Positions 37,321 through 50,557 of a stretch of DNA of 64,000 nt are shown one piece after another. This stretch comes from Hemiscyllium ocellatum. Lineage: Eukaryota. The stretch is taken from positions 59,238,320 through 59,302,319 of the forward strand of contig NC_083412.1 of the NCBI RefSeq assembly GCF_020745735.1, in the 5' to 3' direction. Position numbers and translations under genes: made by a program. The first letter of the stretch is position 1; every line of letters begins with the position of its first letter. The notes below the pieces were generated by a model, which did not search any database, was not told where the DNA came from, and saw only the letters and a program-made list of their open reading frames with translations.

Positions 37321-40300
37321 CAGCCTTCTGCCAGTGGAAATAATTTTTCCTCATTTATATTTATTTAAAAAAAACATTCATTTGAAATGTTACATATGTT
37401 TGGGAAGCTGTGTGGTAGAGGATAGGCATATCAAATAAACTGATTAAGAGATGTTAGGTATTTGCTAAAGTTCCAAACAATTTTTTTTCAAATCAGCAAG
37501 ATTCCACTGTGTTCAAATTCCTTTCAGTGCAAATTCTAATATGCTTGCTAGACAGATTGAAAAAGAGCTATTCAAAGTGTGTATATACCTTTGAGTCCAC
37601 CTTATTATAAATATATTTTCAACAAACACCTCAATCTTCCATTTCTCACATCATTTATCAATATGTGGGATGACTGGGGGATTAGCCAAAGTCTTTTCAA
37701 CTGGAGAAATGCAGCAAATCTCATTGCATGTGTCTTCCTTCCTTTTATTTCTAGTTCTGCAAATTTAAACTTCAAAGAGGAAATGAGTTATATGTTAAAA
37801 CAATGCTAAATAATAATTGAGGGCACCATTTTCTGGTTGGTCAAATTCAAACTAAATAATAGCAGGTATTAGGAACAGATCTGTATCTCAAATATATACA
37901 TATATTTATATTAGTTATGGTAGCAAATATCATTTTACATTACGCTTAATTATGTCTGCATGTATTAACCTAATTATTACAGCACTCATTATGTTTATTA
38001 AGACTGTATTTTTGTGGTTTAGATATTGCTGGTGGAAATCAATATGACATAACATGGAGTTTTAGTATAATTTACAATAACCTGATCCCTGGCACTCTGA
38101 ACGAGCCATATCATTTGTTATCACACCTGAAGTAAAGGTGGGTATTGAGACAAAGTGAAATTGAAAGCTTTTAACCCTTTGAAAAAAATTTATTTTCAAG
38201 AAAACTTCAAAATATATATCGGTTATTTTGAAAAGTTGGGCAGGTGGTGGATGCAAGGTACATTAAAGGACTTAAGTATAATGGATTGTGCATATCAGGA
38301 TTGATTGTCTCATGTGAGGCTGTCTTCTGCTATTCTACTCATGAATGTTAATGAAATATGTTTTGAAATGGTATCAGCAAACAACTACTAATGAATGGGA
38401 CCAAATGTCAGCGAGTTATTGCACTTTCAAAAGCCCACAAAGATCCTGAAGCTGTTCCTGTTTTGAATTTGAGTTTAAGTGTTTCAATGCTATTGAGTAG
38501 AGCTTGTAATGAACATATTTGATTATTGCCCATGCAGCAACATTGTCCAATGATCAGAAAGTGACTTATTGCAAACTTCTTCAATGGTCGGGTTGATTAT
38601 CAGACAAAAGAGGTTACGTTCTCATCCTCACCACATGGACAGTACTCTAGTGAAGTGAAATGTCCTCACCCTCCCAGCCTGTTATGGAGCCCATCAATGG
38701 AATAAAATTCAAATGGCTTGAACATTTGGCAGTGCTCCACTCCATTAGCTTACTGCCTATGTGAATACTAGATGCAAATTTACCCCATAGTTTCAGCAGA
38801 TCGAAAACTGAGATTCTGAGTGCCATTAGAAATACAATTAATCTCATCCAGCCAACACAACGCTAATGCCCATTGTAAGGTTTCCCGCACAGATAGATGT
38901 GAATTGTGGATTTGCAAAGAGAAAGCAAACATTACAAGTGAACTGCAAGAATGATAACTTGTCACAGTAACTAAATCCATTGCATTTCACGTGATCATAT
39001 GTTAGTACTGTAGCTTCTCCAACAGAGTGTGCTGTAACTTATGGCTTACAATGTAACTGAACATGCTTCCTTGAAGAAATTATTGTGTATTAAATCAGAT
39101 TCATTCTATTTTATTCACAATTTCTCAAAACTTTGTCAGATTGCCACAGTCAGTTCGAAATGTCAAACTTTGACACAAGCTCTTGAAACCATTTCATTAA
39201 TTTGGTAGATATGTATAATTTCCCCCTCATGAGATTGGGGCACTTTGTACCCATAATGCTGACATATTCTCAAAATGATTTCACGGGGTCCCTGCACTGT
39301 CTGCTAGTAGAGGTATTCTACAAGATGAGACCTTCTAACTCAAAATCTTACTGTAACTTGGAAAATTGTTGGAAGATTGAAGAATGGACATTTCATACAA
39401 CCAGTCTGATGTATTTGCTTCTGTGTATAGGCCTTTCTTCCAGCAGAACCTGCTATATAGTTGACCTGAATTTAAATTTGAAATTGTCAGGTGGCAGTCT
39501 TTACTCCAAACCATGATCAAAACAAACAATCCTATACTGTTGGCACTGTGATATGTATTGTCACTGATGTAGAACTCTTGTCATAAATTGACACTTCAAC
39601 TGAAGCATAAATATTGCTTAAAAGTGTTAAAGAATATTCCCAGTTTCTCATTGTTTGAACAGATGACCTGTTTTAGGTATTTTCTATGTATTAATAGTGC
39701 ATGATATGGCAAAATTTCATTTGTGATGTATTTTAATGTAAATTTTAAAATGTGGTGTGATTTGTTTGAAACCTTTTGTCATTTTGTTGTTAATAAAATA
39801 ATGTCTTGAAAAAATTGTGTTTCTAGAAGTACCTTGTCCACACACCTATGATTAAAATTTTGGCAACATTTTTTAATCCTGTAGGGATTATTTATGGACA
39901 TTAGACATGTTTTTTCCTCATCCACATTATTGCATGTTCCTTGAATGCCACAACAGACAGAATTGAGCAAAATAACAGAATAATGGATCGGATTTTATGC
40001 AGATCTGCAGTTGCCATTGGCTTGCTGCTCCACTCCACAGCTCTGGGTCTTCCAAGTGAGATTTCTTCAGCAATGCAAAGCAGTTTTCCATCAAAATGAT
40101 TCTGCTTCCTTGTAGTGCTGGATCATACAGGGAGAGACAACTCATGACCCTTTTCTTATGAAACTAACTGCTGTATTCTGATACGTGCTTACTAACATAG
40201 CAAAAAGCTTTGGGATATTTAAACAATTTTTTGGTATAAAGTGGAAGGGTGAATATGAGTAGGGTGACTGAGGTAAGTCACTGAGGTGAAAGATAGGTTA

Positions 40301-41164
40301 GCACTGGATGAGGTGGCAGGATGGCAGCTAGTTAGGGCTATGGGTAGGTAAAGTGGTAGCTAGTTAGAGTAACCAGTGAGCTGATGGAGCAGTGGGTAGT
40401 TCAATCGTTTTAGGAGGGCTTCTCGGTGTGGAGGCTAGTCAGGTCAGAGCAGGGTGTCACTATGTGCTGTGGTCAGGATTCATCTTACAACAAGGGGCAA
40501 AGTGTGCAGTCACCATTTAACTGCCTCCTACATGCTGACAGTTGTGAAGATCTGAAGATTTCTTCAGATGCAGCATTATGAAGGCTACTCATGCAGCTAA
40601 CCAGCAGCTGGAAGAGCTGAATTTTTGAGAATCCGAGAGGAGGGAACCTGGTGGCAAGATTCAACAAGACATAATCCATGGTTGATGGTGTCAAGAATTT
40701 TAGACTCTGGTAAGAGATTTATAGCAGCACGAACGTGCTAAGAACTCCCCAGAGCTGAAACATCGATTTCACCAAAGTGTAGCTGGTTTGTAGGAGCAAT
40801 CAGGAGTTGAGATTCAATCAAAGAGCAAAATGACATTGTTTGTCCTGCGAGTAACGTTGTACCCTTGGTCATCAAGGGGAAACTTTAAGAACAAACAGGC
40901 ACAGACTGTGAAAGCTAGAAGTAAGCCAAGCACTTAGTATTGTTCCTTTAGTAAGCAAATGAGGCATGGCTACATTGAAGGAAATCAAGGGCCAATGAAA
41001 CAAGTTAAAACAAGGTCACAGAACAGAAACGTTGCAAAGCTAAAGTTTGAATGATAAAGTCACGATTTAGAAACTTAAGCAAACAAAGTATAAAGATGGA
41101 AAATAATTATGAGCCTATTGAAGCCACAGAAAAGGTCAGAGATCTATTACTTCCCGCAGTCGCT

Positions 41165-41600
41165 AACATTGTGGAGCTGGTTTTCCCTGGAACATTGGAG
41201 GCTGAGGAGTGACCTTATAGAGGTTTATAAAATCATGAGGGGCATGGATAGGGTGAATAGACAAGATCTTTTCCCTGGGGTGGTGAGTCCAGAACACGAG
41301 AGCATAGTTTTAAGGTGAGAGGGGAAAGATTTAAAAGGGACCTAAGAGGCAACTTTTTCAAGCAGAGGAAGGTGCGAGTATGGAATGAGCTGCCAGAGGA
41401 AATGGTGGAGGCTGTTACAATTGCAATATTTAAAAGGCATCTGGAATGGTATATGAATAGGAAGGGTTTAGAGAGATACGAACCAAATGCTGGCAAATGA
41501 AGACTAGCTGAATTTGGGATACCCGGTCAGCATGAATGAGTTGGATCAAAGGGTCTGGTTCCATGGTGTACGGCTCTATGACTTTATGATTCTATGACTT
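41165..41600 (+). mobile_element. CR1 3' end
   Basis: LEHWRLRSDLIEVYKIMRG...VWNELPEEMVEA and a ctctatgactttatgattctatga tail. Confidence 0.9.
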
Positions 41601-42099
41601 ATCCAGGAAAAGATGATGAAAACAGCAAGAATTATTACTTAGAACCACAGACAGCAGTAATCACATAGGAAAAGCTGTGAAAGGAACAGAATTTGTCTTA
41701 TTGAGATGTGAAGTGCAGAATTAATTTATTAATGTCATTAAAACAGCAGAAACCATTTATTAAAACTACAGAGAGCAAGATTAACTCAGTTGAGCCATAA
41801 ATGAAGTGGGAATCATATTATGGCAGTGATTTGTCTAGAGGAACTCCTCAAAATATCCGAATCATCTAACTTACTTTCAAAAGGCATAAAAAAATCCTTC
41901 ATTTTTACTATAAAAGGAAGGGAAAATGTTCCTTACTGCTGTTCTCAGTAGCATGGTCATACTGAAGGATTAACTTTATTTTAAACAAGGAAAATAGATA
42001 ATTACATTTAAAGAAAATGCCTGCAGAAATTATATTACTATGAAGATTTGATTTCAAATATGCATGAGAGAAAACACAGAATTAATATGTCACTGAAAA

Positions 42100-44050
42100 A
42101 AGTTCTTCAGATACAGAATTGTTTCCAAATTAAATACTAAATCAAAAGCTGAACAAGTAAATGCACTTATGGCATGATGATGTGAGTAGCTGATGATATT
42201 TTAGCTCACCAAGGAAAAAAGAACCAAAGAAGCAAAAGATACATATTTTAAAGTCCTGTGAAACATTCATAATTGTTTTAACCACAATTCTTGAAAAGTT
42301 CGGAGTTAATTGAAGGGTTCAGAAACTAGGAAACACATAGATAATTCATTAATGACCTGTACAGATTAGCGGGAAAAATTGAACTATAGAGGCTTAAAAT
42401 TAGGATTCATAAGAGCCAAAGTTGTTAGTAGAATTGCTGATGAGTTTGCGTTAGCTTTATTACAAAGTAGGATTTGACTTGAGAAAAAGCCTTTCAGATG
42501 GTGACTGAAGCAGAAGTGCAGAAGAATCAATCTTATAAGATCAATTATCACTGGAGATCAACGGAATCTACTCTGTTTTTAAGGTACAAGACCTTGAAAG
42601 ATACACGTGAGAAACCAATACAATGAGTAGCACAATAGATATGAATAGTCATTGTTCGTGTTGTGGCACTAAGGAACCTTAAGGACATAAGCAGTGACCA
42701 ACTATTTACAAAGGTGTACTTGATCTCTAAAACAGTAGGGCATTTACAGAAAATATGTCAAAATAGGACACAGTCACAGAGCAATAAAAAGACAACTCCT
42801 ATTAAAAGAATAAATTATAAATTAAAAAATAAAAAAAATCATTAAAAAAATTCATATGATAGAACCATCATTTTGGTCTACACACTTCAACATAGTCCGT
42901 ATTCTGTTGGTATTTCTGTGTGGAACTCCATGAAAGCCACTGTTAAGAAGAGATGACCAAAGACTAGGGATTCAGGACACAGTTAAAAATAAATTGTCTG
43001 GTTCAAAGATTCAGAGGAAATGACCTTTTTTGTACTATGATGGTACAAAAATGAAAGTGCTTGTTTCAACAGGGCAGTCATCTTCCACACACCATTTTAA
43101 AGGATTGATGAGCTCAGTTGGCTGGACAGCTCATTATAAAAGCTGAGTAATACTATCAATGTGGGTTCAAGTCAGGTACTCTCCTTCTCAATCTCTCCCT
43201 CAACTGAGGTATGGTGACCCTCAGGTTTAACCACCACCAGTCACCTCTCTTTGATGAGGAAGAGCCCTATGGTCTGCTAGGACTATGGCAATTTTGCCTT
43301 TTTACCATCCTGCACAAAGAAAATACACGAAATCATGTACCTCCAGATTTTGCATTGGAGCAATTACCCATTTCATAGGTATTTCATTAAAACATATTTC
43401 ATTAACATACCCATCCTCCTCATAGTAAATTAAAGGGATTTACAGACCTCACACTGTCAGGAACAAAGTCAAAATCAATAGCCTTCAATCAGAGACCTAC
43501 ACTCTTCTAATTCTGAAGAGAGTATGTGCTGAGAGAATAGTGAAAGATTTAGACTGCCTACATTTTGTGAAGGCAGAGACTTAGGGTGTGAGGATGTGGT
43601 GGTGGCCAATTCAGTTTTATACATCAATGTATAAATATTCATAATGGAGAAACAGCTAGAAAAACACTGTGCTTCAAGAGCCTAAGGGTCTGAAATGGTT
43701 AATCTTAAACACTACCAACTATGAAGATATGGACTTGGTGAGAGAACAGCTAAGGATCTCACAGTAGTAAGATCTACAATTTTAACTTCCTTGTAATTCC
43801 TGTAACAATGCCTATTCCATCAGAGTAACTTGTACATTGTTGCAATCATGCAATAAATTACATCTTACTTAAGATAAGAGCCTCTTCTTAATAGACTAAC
43901 ATGTGGTTATCCTTTATCACACGAGACTAAACAGACTCATTATATACAATGCAGAAAAGACGACAGTGTCAGCAAAGGTACCTGATAGTTCATACAACAT
44001 AATGAACAGTGGCAAGGATTCATCTTGTAGCAGTATCTAACTTTGTAACT
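42100..44050 (+). mobile_element. Highly decayed Gypsy gag-pol relic
   Basis: EQVNAL (42151), FINDLYRLAGK (~42345) and a protease-like DGTKMKVLVSTG (~43040). Confidence 0.6.
43100..43305 (+). mobile_element. tRNA-derived SINE (third family) inside the Gypsy relic
   Basis: gatgagctcagttggctggacagc...gggttcaagtc...ggtgaccctcaggtttaaccaccaccagtc...ccctatggtctgctaggactatggc. Confidence 0.7.
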
Positions 44051-44129
44051 TGTATAATTCCAGGCAAGGTGAGTTTCCCCTTTAGTAGAGTTTAGTTTAT
44101 CAATGATTTAGTAGTGACACAGTTGGTCA

Positions 44130-44650
44130 AATGTTGTTTTGCGATTTCAAGGGTAGTCCCTCTCACCTCATCTCTGGAAATCACTTCATTGTGACATTGC
44201 TGAAATGTGAACTAATAAGGTCTGCAATTGAGTATTCTTGGCAGAACGTCAAACTCTGCATTGGTGAGCACGATAGCACTGTTGACACCTTTTGTCATTT
44301 TACTGATGATAAGTGTAGGCTGATGGTGAAATATTGGCTCGGCTGAATTTGTCAGATTTCTTATGAACAAGACATTCCTAACTATTTTTCACCACTGTCT
44401 GATTGATATTGTACTGCAGTGAACTGAAATAGCTGAGTAAGTCATTTGGAGCACAAATTTTCAGATCCACAGCCTGGATTTTAAAGGTTTGAAACCTTTG
44501 CTCTGTTCACCGCATTCAGTGATTTCTTTACATCATGGAAAGTAACTCGAATTGATTGAAGACAGGAATTTCTGATGATGGGTACCACAGGATGTAGGCA
44601 GTAAATAATTGTCAATGCAACACTTCCATCTGAAGCTGGCTGCAAAAATC
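44130..44650 (-). mobile_element. Old CR1/L2-clade RT fragment
   Basis: Alignable by eye to 27043-27429 (ctcacctc...gcttgatagcactgttgacacctt...tgatgataagtgtaggctgatgg). Confidence 0.6.
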
Positions 44651-46149
44651 CTTATTATATTTGTGCTGGGTTCCACAAACACTGAGGATAAGGATGTTAT
44701 TGGATCCCTAAATCTGCAGGCCTGAGTAAGGAGAATTTTTTAAAAGGTAAAAATAATTCTATAATTCAACAGAAATGGTGAATTTAGGTCTTGCTATAAA
44801 AATTTATAATCCTTAAACTGACATAAATGTAGGCAATTCACCTTCTCTGATCTTCAGCAAAGGAGCAGAGTTGGGTTGATGGACTATTTGACTATTGTGA
44901 GTCAGCAACATTGCAAATAAACAAACATATCTATCCGCAGTAACAAGTTGGTATAAAACTAGATTGAATCAGCTACATACAAATTTTCTTTAAGGAAAAG
45001 TTGTGCAACTCCACTTTTAACTTGCTATTACGTTGAAAACTTCCAGAAAATTCAAGCACATTATAGCAAAAAATTGTATTATTTTGTAAAAGTCAAAACA
45101 TGTAATAATCACTTGTAACTTTCAATGAGAGAAAAAAATTAATTGCATAAACCAGCTCATGTTGCTCTACGTTGGTAATTTGCAATATGGCTGTTCACTT
45201 CAAAGCGGATATCAAATGAATTATTTAGGTGAGATAAGGTTGTATTTAAAGCTGTTTCAACGCCCAAGCTCTTCTTCTATATTTTTCCAGTAAAAGCATG
45301 TTTAGTAATCCATAAATATACAGGACACTTGATTTGTTTGAGTGAAGAGTTTAGAAATCTGTGCATAGAGAAAAAGTAAAGTATATCAATTGCTCCTTCT
45401 GTACAAAGAACTTTATAATTGAAGTTGTCAGGTTAATATCTTTTCATTGCGATTTTCAAGAGGATTCAAAAGCAATGTTTTTCAATGTATCCGGTGTTTA
45501 GAATGGAAGACAAGGATATGCATTGCTGAAAGCAGTATAAGCAGGAGCTTCAAGCTGCTTTAATCTACTTTCTAGCTGCTAGTTCAGGAAAGATAGCAGC
45601 AGGAATCGAGAGTGAGGTGAGTTGGAAGCTTAATCATTACTCTCGAAATAATGCATGGGTTCTTTTAACTTTCTACTCTCATTTAAATCTCACCAACTGA
45701 CTAGTTAGACTGAATCTAAAAGCAATGGCACTGACAACTCTTAAATCTAAATTAAATTAAAATATCCTTTCAGTAATATTGAAAGAATAGCTAAATCTTC
45801 TACAATGGCAAAATTATTTGTTATTAACTATGATTAAGTCAGTAAATCAATTTACACCATGTGCATTCCATTGCGCTTATTGCAGAAGCATATGTCTTTG
45901 TATTCCCACAATCAGTTTCCCTGAGTTCAGAGCTGAAATACATTTTTTGTAAGTTTATTAACATCATAAGGCATAACTTGATATGACCCACCTATAGGTC
46001 TGTAGGGATCCATAAAGTCCCCAGAGTTACCTCTCCTTGCTGTGCCATTTACATTGAGTGAATGAGGCCCAGGTCAACATGACTTCCCTTGCACAAACTG
46101 CGAGCAGTCAATTAATGCCAAACCTCAATCTTGAGGTTAGTGAAATATG

Positions 46150-46720
46150 GTCATAGAGACATAGAGTTATACAACACGGAAACAGACCCTTTGGTCCAAC
46201 CCATAATGCCAACCAGATATCCTAAATAAATCTAATCAACATTTGGCCCAAATCCCTCTAAACCCTCCCTATTTGTGTGTCCACCCAGATGCCTTTTAAA
46301 TGTAGTAATTGTATCAGCTTCCTCTGGCAGCTCATTCCATATATGCACTACCCTCTGCATGAAATAAATTGCCACTTAGATCACTTTAACATCTTTCTAC
46401 TCTCACTTAAACTTATGCCATCCAGTTTTAGACACCATTACCCTGGGGAAAGAAAAATCTTGGCAATTCACCCTATCCATGCTCCTCATGATTTTATCAA
46501 CCTCTACAAGGTCACTTCTCAACCTCCAACACTCCAGTGGCCTAACTGTTGTCCGAGACAGCTACAACATCACCACCCAACTCCTATACTCAATGCACTG
46601 ACCAATAAAGGCAAGTGCACTGACTGCCTTCTTCAAAACCGTTCTCCCTGTTACTCCACCTTTAAGAAACAATGAATCTGTACCCCAAGTCTCTTTATTC
46701 TGCAACACTCCTCAGGATCC
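46150..46720 (-). mobile_element. CR1 3' end
   Basis: tcatagagacatagagttatacaacacggaaacagaccc...aatgaatctgtaccccaagtctc. Confidence 0.88.
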
Positions 46721-47041
46721 TAATGTTAGGTGGTCAAAGAAGGTTGGGAGGGCAGTTGGTCAGGGAATGACAGGGGGTAGTCAAGGCAGGAAGTGGGAAA
46801 TGGTTGAGGAGCTCAGTGGGCTACCCTAACCAGACCTTAGGTAGAGGGGCACTAGTTGCATTTGTGATAGGTCTCTTTCCTGATCAAGGGCTTCCAGGGG
46901 TCTGTCCCATGCCTTTGCTTCCTTCAGGTCATGGTCTTTGCGCCTTGACCACTATTCCTTTGGGAGTTCCCCTCTAGACCTTGCTGTGGAACTTAATGCT
47001 GAAACCTAAAATCTAGAACTGGACACCCAACACTTAGAATA

Positions 47042-47252
47042 TGAGACTAAATATAGTTTTGGTGGTGGTTGCATCTGGTTGCATCTGTTGAGTTTTGTCT
47101 CACAGTTAGTATGAGATGTGCCTCTAAGAGACATTCTTTTGTTATCATAACCATACCATTGCGTGACTTGAGGGTATAAAAGTCTCAGACCCTATCAAAA
47201 CTGGGGCCACTTGAAACATGAGAACTGGTGAAAATATGTTACTTTTGTAACA
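47042..47252 (+). mobile_element. Possible short solo LTR
   Basis: TGAGAC...GGGTATAAAAG...TGTAACA, with flanks GAATA/TAATA (4 of 5 match). Confidence 0.3.
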
Positions 47253-48364
47253 TAATAGCTTGATATTAATCCAGACAATGAAGTGCTTGTCATTATTTTA
47301 TTTATATATCAAAAGCTGTAATAAATGTCCAGTGAATCTTTCTGGGCCACGTTCATCATACCAAATTCCTATGTTATCAGAGCATGAGCATTGCCCCATA
47401 CTACAGTGGCAAATCATAGTTCGTAGCAGTCACTCTAAATATTCAAACTTATTTGTGATAGATACCTGGAAACCTCATTGAACATCAGCCAGACATCAAT
47501 TCGAGGCTTAATTTAGAAAACTAAAGCACCAATTTATGCAATTGGAGATATGTAAATTACACAAAGAGCTACCTTCTTTCTGCTTATAACTTCTACCAAG
47601 CTGCAAGACTTCATTCTTTTTATTAAAAAAACAAATTGACTGCCTACTTTTCTATTCCAAAATCAAGTAAAAATCCGAAGCCAAAGGCTTCTTATAATCT
47701 GGATAAAGAGCTCACCAGAACAAAAGTGAAGCACTAGAAAGCAGTTTTCTGATTAGTCTTACCTGTTTGCAAATGGTGGGTATCACAATGTTTCCTCTCC
47801 AGTTTGGCACAAATGCAGAGGCAAGTCCATGTCATATTGTCATCCCATATTTGGTACTAATATCTTGAGAGGTAGAAACATATTTGCTACAGACCTGTAT
47901 ATCTTAATCACTTTGGAGACTGTTCCTTTAAAGCTAAGTAAAGGAATGGCAACACTGAAAAATAAAGTGAAACAGAAGCAGAATAGGTAAAATTAAAATG
48001 AGAAAAGCATGTAAGTAAAAGAAAGGAACAAATACAGAAAACACCTATGTCTGAAAAGAAACCTTCAGCAAGAATTAGAAGGCAAACTCTTACTTATGGA
48101 CATGTCAGTCAGTTTACTGAATTACAGATATTCAAACAACCTAAGCCTCATTTTTTACAGATCAAATGGTAAATGATCCAGAGAAAAAATGTCTAATAAT
48201 CTGACTTACTCCCAGCAAGGCAAGGCTTCACAGTATTAACACAGTCAGTCTTTCTGCAGAAAGATGCAGAAATTATCTGGACTGTATTTGAAGACTAGCT
48301 CAAGGTAAGAATTAACTTCAAGATTAACAGATTCCAACTTTTGTCATACAGTCAGCAATCCCTC

Positions 48365-49275
48365 GATAGATATTGCTAAGTTTGTCACACCAAAATTGGA
48401 GGTGTAGTGGACAGCGAAGAGGATTACCTCAGATTACAATTGGATCTGGACCAGATGGGCCAATGGGCTGAGAAGAGACAGATGGAGTTTGCGAGGTGCT
48501 GCATTTTGGGAAAGCAAATCTTACCAGGATTTATACACTTAATGGTAAGGTCCTAGGAGTGTTGCTGAACAAAGAGACCTTGGAGTGCAGGTTCATAGCT
48601 CCTTGAAAGTGGAGTCGCAGGTAGATAGGATAGTGAAGAAGCCTTTTGGTATGCTTTCCTTTATTGGTCCAAGTATTGAGTACAGGAGTTGGGAGGTGAT
48701 GTTACGGCTGTACAGGACATTGGTTAGGCCACTGTTGGAATATTGCATGCAATTCTGGTCTCCTTCCTATTGGAAAGATGTTGTGAAACTTGAAAGGGTA
48801 CAGAAAAGATTTACAAGGATGTTGCCAGGGTTGGAGGATTTGAGCTATCAGGAGAGGCTGAACAGGCTGGGGCTGTTCTCCTGGAGTGTCGGAGGCTGAG
48901 GGGTGACCTTATAGAGATTTATAAAATCATGATGGGCATGGATAGGATAAATAGACAAAGTCTCTTCCCTGGATCAGGGTGTCCAGAACTAGAGGGCATA
49001 GGGTTAGGGTGAGAGAGGAAAGGTTTAAAAGGCACCTTAGGGGCAACTTTTTCACACAGAGGGTGGTATGTGTATGGAATGAGCTGCCAGAGGATGTGGT
49101 GGAAGCTGGTACAATTGCAACATTAAAGAGGCATTTGGATGGGTATATGAATAGGAAGGGTTTGGAGAGATATGGGCCGGGTGCTGGCAGTTGGGACTAG
49201 ATTAGGTTGGGATATCTGGTCGGCATGGACAGGTTGGACCGAAGGGTCTGTTTCCATGCTGTACATCTTTATGAC
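48365..49275 (+). mobile_element. CR1 LINE 3' region
   Basis: ORFs 48585-48899 and 48979-49200 (LERVQKRFTRMLPGL...WNELPEDVVEAG) and a tail. Confidence 0.92.
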
Positions 49276-49384
49276 TCTATGTCACAGCAAGGATGTGAGT
49301 GTGATGCTCTGAGAGAGGCTCGTCAAATTAATAATTACCCTCACACCTTCAGAAATGATGGTCTAGAAATTGCAGTGTTTAAAG

Positions 49385-49699
49385 AAGTAGAAACAGAGAA
49401 ACCAGGAGTGGGACAGGCCATTCAGCCCTTCGAACTTGATCCCAGATAAACATCCAATTCAGTACGTTGTTCCTCCTTTCTACCATTTCCTTTGATCCCT
49501 TCAGCCCTAATAACTATATCTATCTCTTTCAGAAACAGTCATTAGTTTGGATTCAATTGCTTTCTATGTCAGAGAATCCCTCAGGTTCACCACACTCTTA
49601 TCTTAGTCCTAAATGGCAGAACCATTTCCATCAAAGTGTGACACCTGGTTCTGGATTCCCCAGTCATCCTGCATTGACTTCCTGCATTTACCTTGCTTG
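49385..49699 (-). mobile_element. Old CR1 3' end, host of the 49.7-57.5 kb stack; continues at 57481-57600 and 58290-58555
   Basis: gaaaccaggagtgggacaggccattcagcccttcg...cctgcatttaccttgcttg| joins |acaattttataaggttttg...ctcattcttctaaa across the stack. Confidence 0.65.
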
Positions 49700-50519
49700 T
49701 CATAGAGTCATATAAATGTACAGCATGGATACAGATCATTCAGTCTAATTCATCCGAACCTAATCTAGTCCTATTTGCCAGCATATGGCCCATATCCCTG
49801 TAAACCCTTCCTATTCATATACCCATCCAGATGCCTTTTAAATTACGTAATTCTACCAGCCTCCATCACTTCCTCTGGCAGCTCATTCCATACATGCATC
49901 ACCTTCTGTGTGAAAAAGTTGCCCCTTAGGTGCCTTTTAAACCTTTCTCCTCTCATCCTAAACCTATGCTCTCTAGTTCTGGACTACCCCACCACAGGGG
50001 AAAGACCTTGTCTGTTTATCCTATCCATGCCCCTCATGATTTTGTAAATCTCTATAAGGTCACCCCTCAGCCTCCGACACTCCAGGGAAAACAGCCCCAG
50101 CCTGTTCAGCCTCTCCCTGTAACTCAAACTCTCCAACCCTGACAACAGCCTTGTACAGAGGAACCTTGATTATCTGAATGAGATGGGTGAGAACTACTTC
50201 GCTTGGATAATTGATTATTCAGTAAATTAATTTCTTCTGGGGCTCGGATTTTTCTGTGAAATCTGCTCCCTGTTCAGGACACTCGGCAGCAGCACACTGC
50301 GCACGAGACCCCACTGCCACCCCGTCTACTCCCACCCCAACCCCCACTTGCCCCCAACCCTATCTGCTCCCAAACCCACACCCCCGCCCCAACGCTGTCC
50401 ACTCCCACCCCGCGCCCTCTGCCTGCAGCCCAACCTCGCACCCCCGTCCATTCCCACCCACCGTCTGCGACCCTGACCCGCCCATCTTACCTGCCCTCTC
50501 TCTGGGGCTGCCGGACTGT

Positions 50520-50523
<4 letters not shown>

Positions 50524-50555
<32 letters not shown>
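50524..50555. repeat. (AC)16 microsatellite
   Basis: Direct reading; it abuts the 3' tail of the nested CR1. Confidence 0.95.

Positions 50556-50556
<1 letters not shown>

Positions 50557-50557
<1 letters not shown>

Noticed and set aside
47763-47894. Minus-strand exon candidate with a strong donor (CAG|GTAAGA)
   Set aside because: It has stops in all three frames and a poor acceptor.
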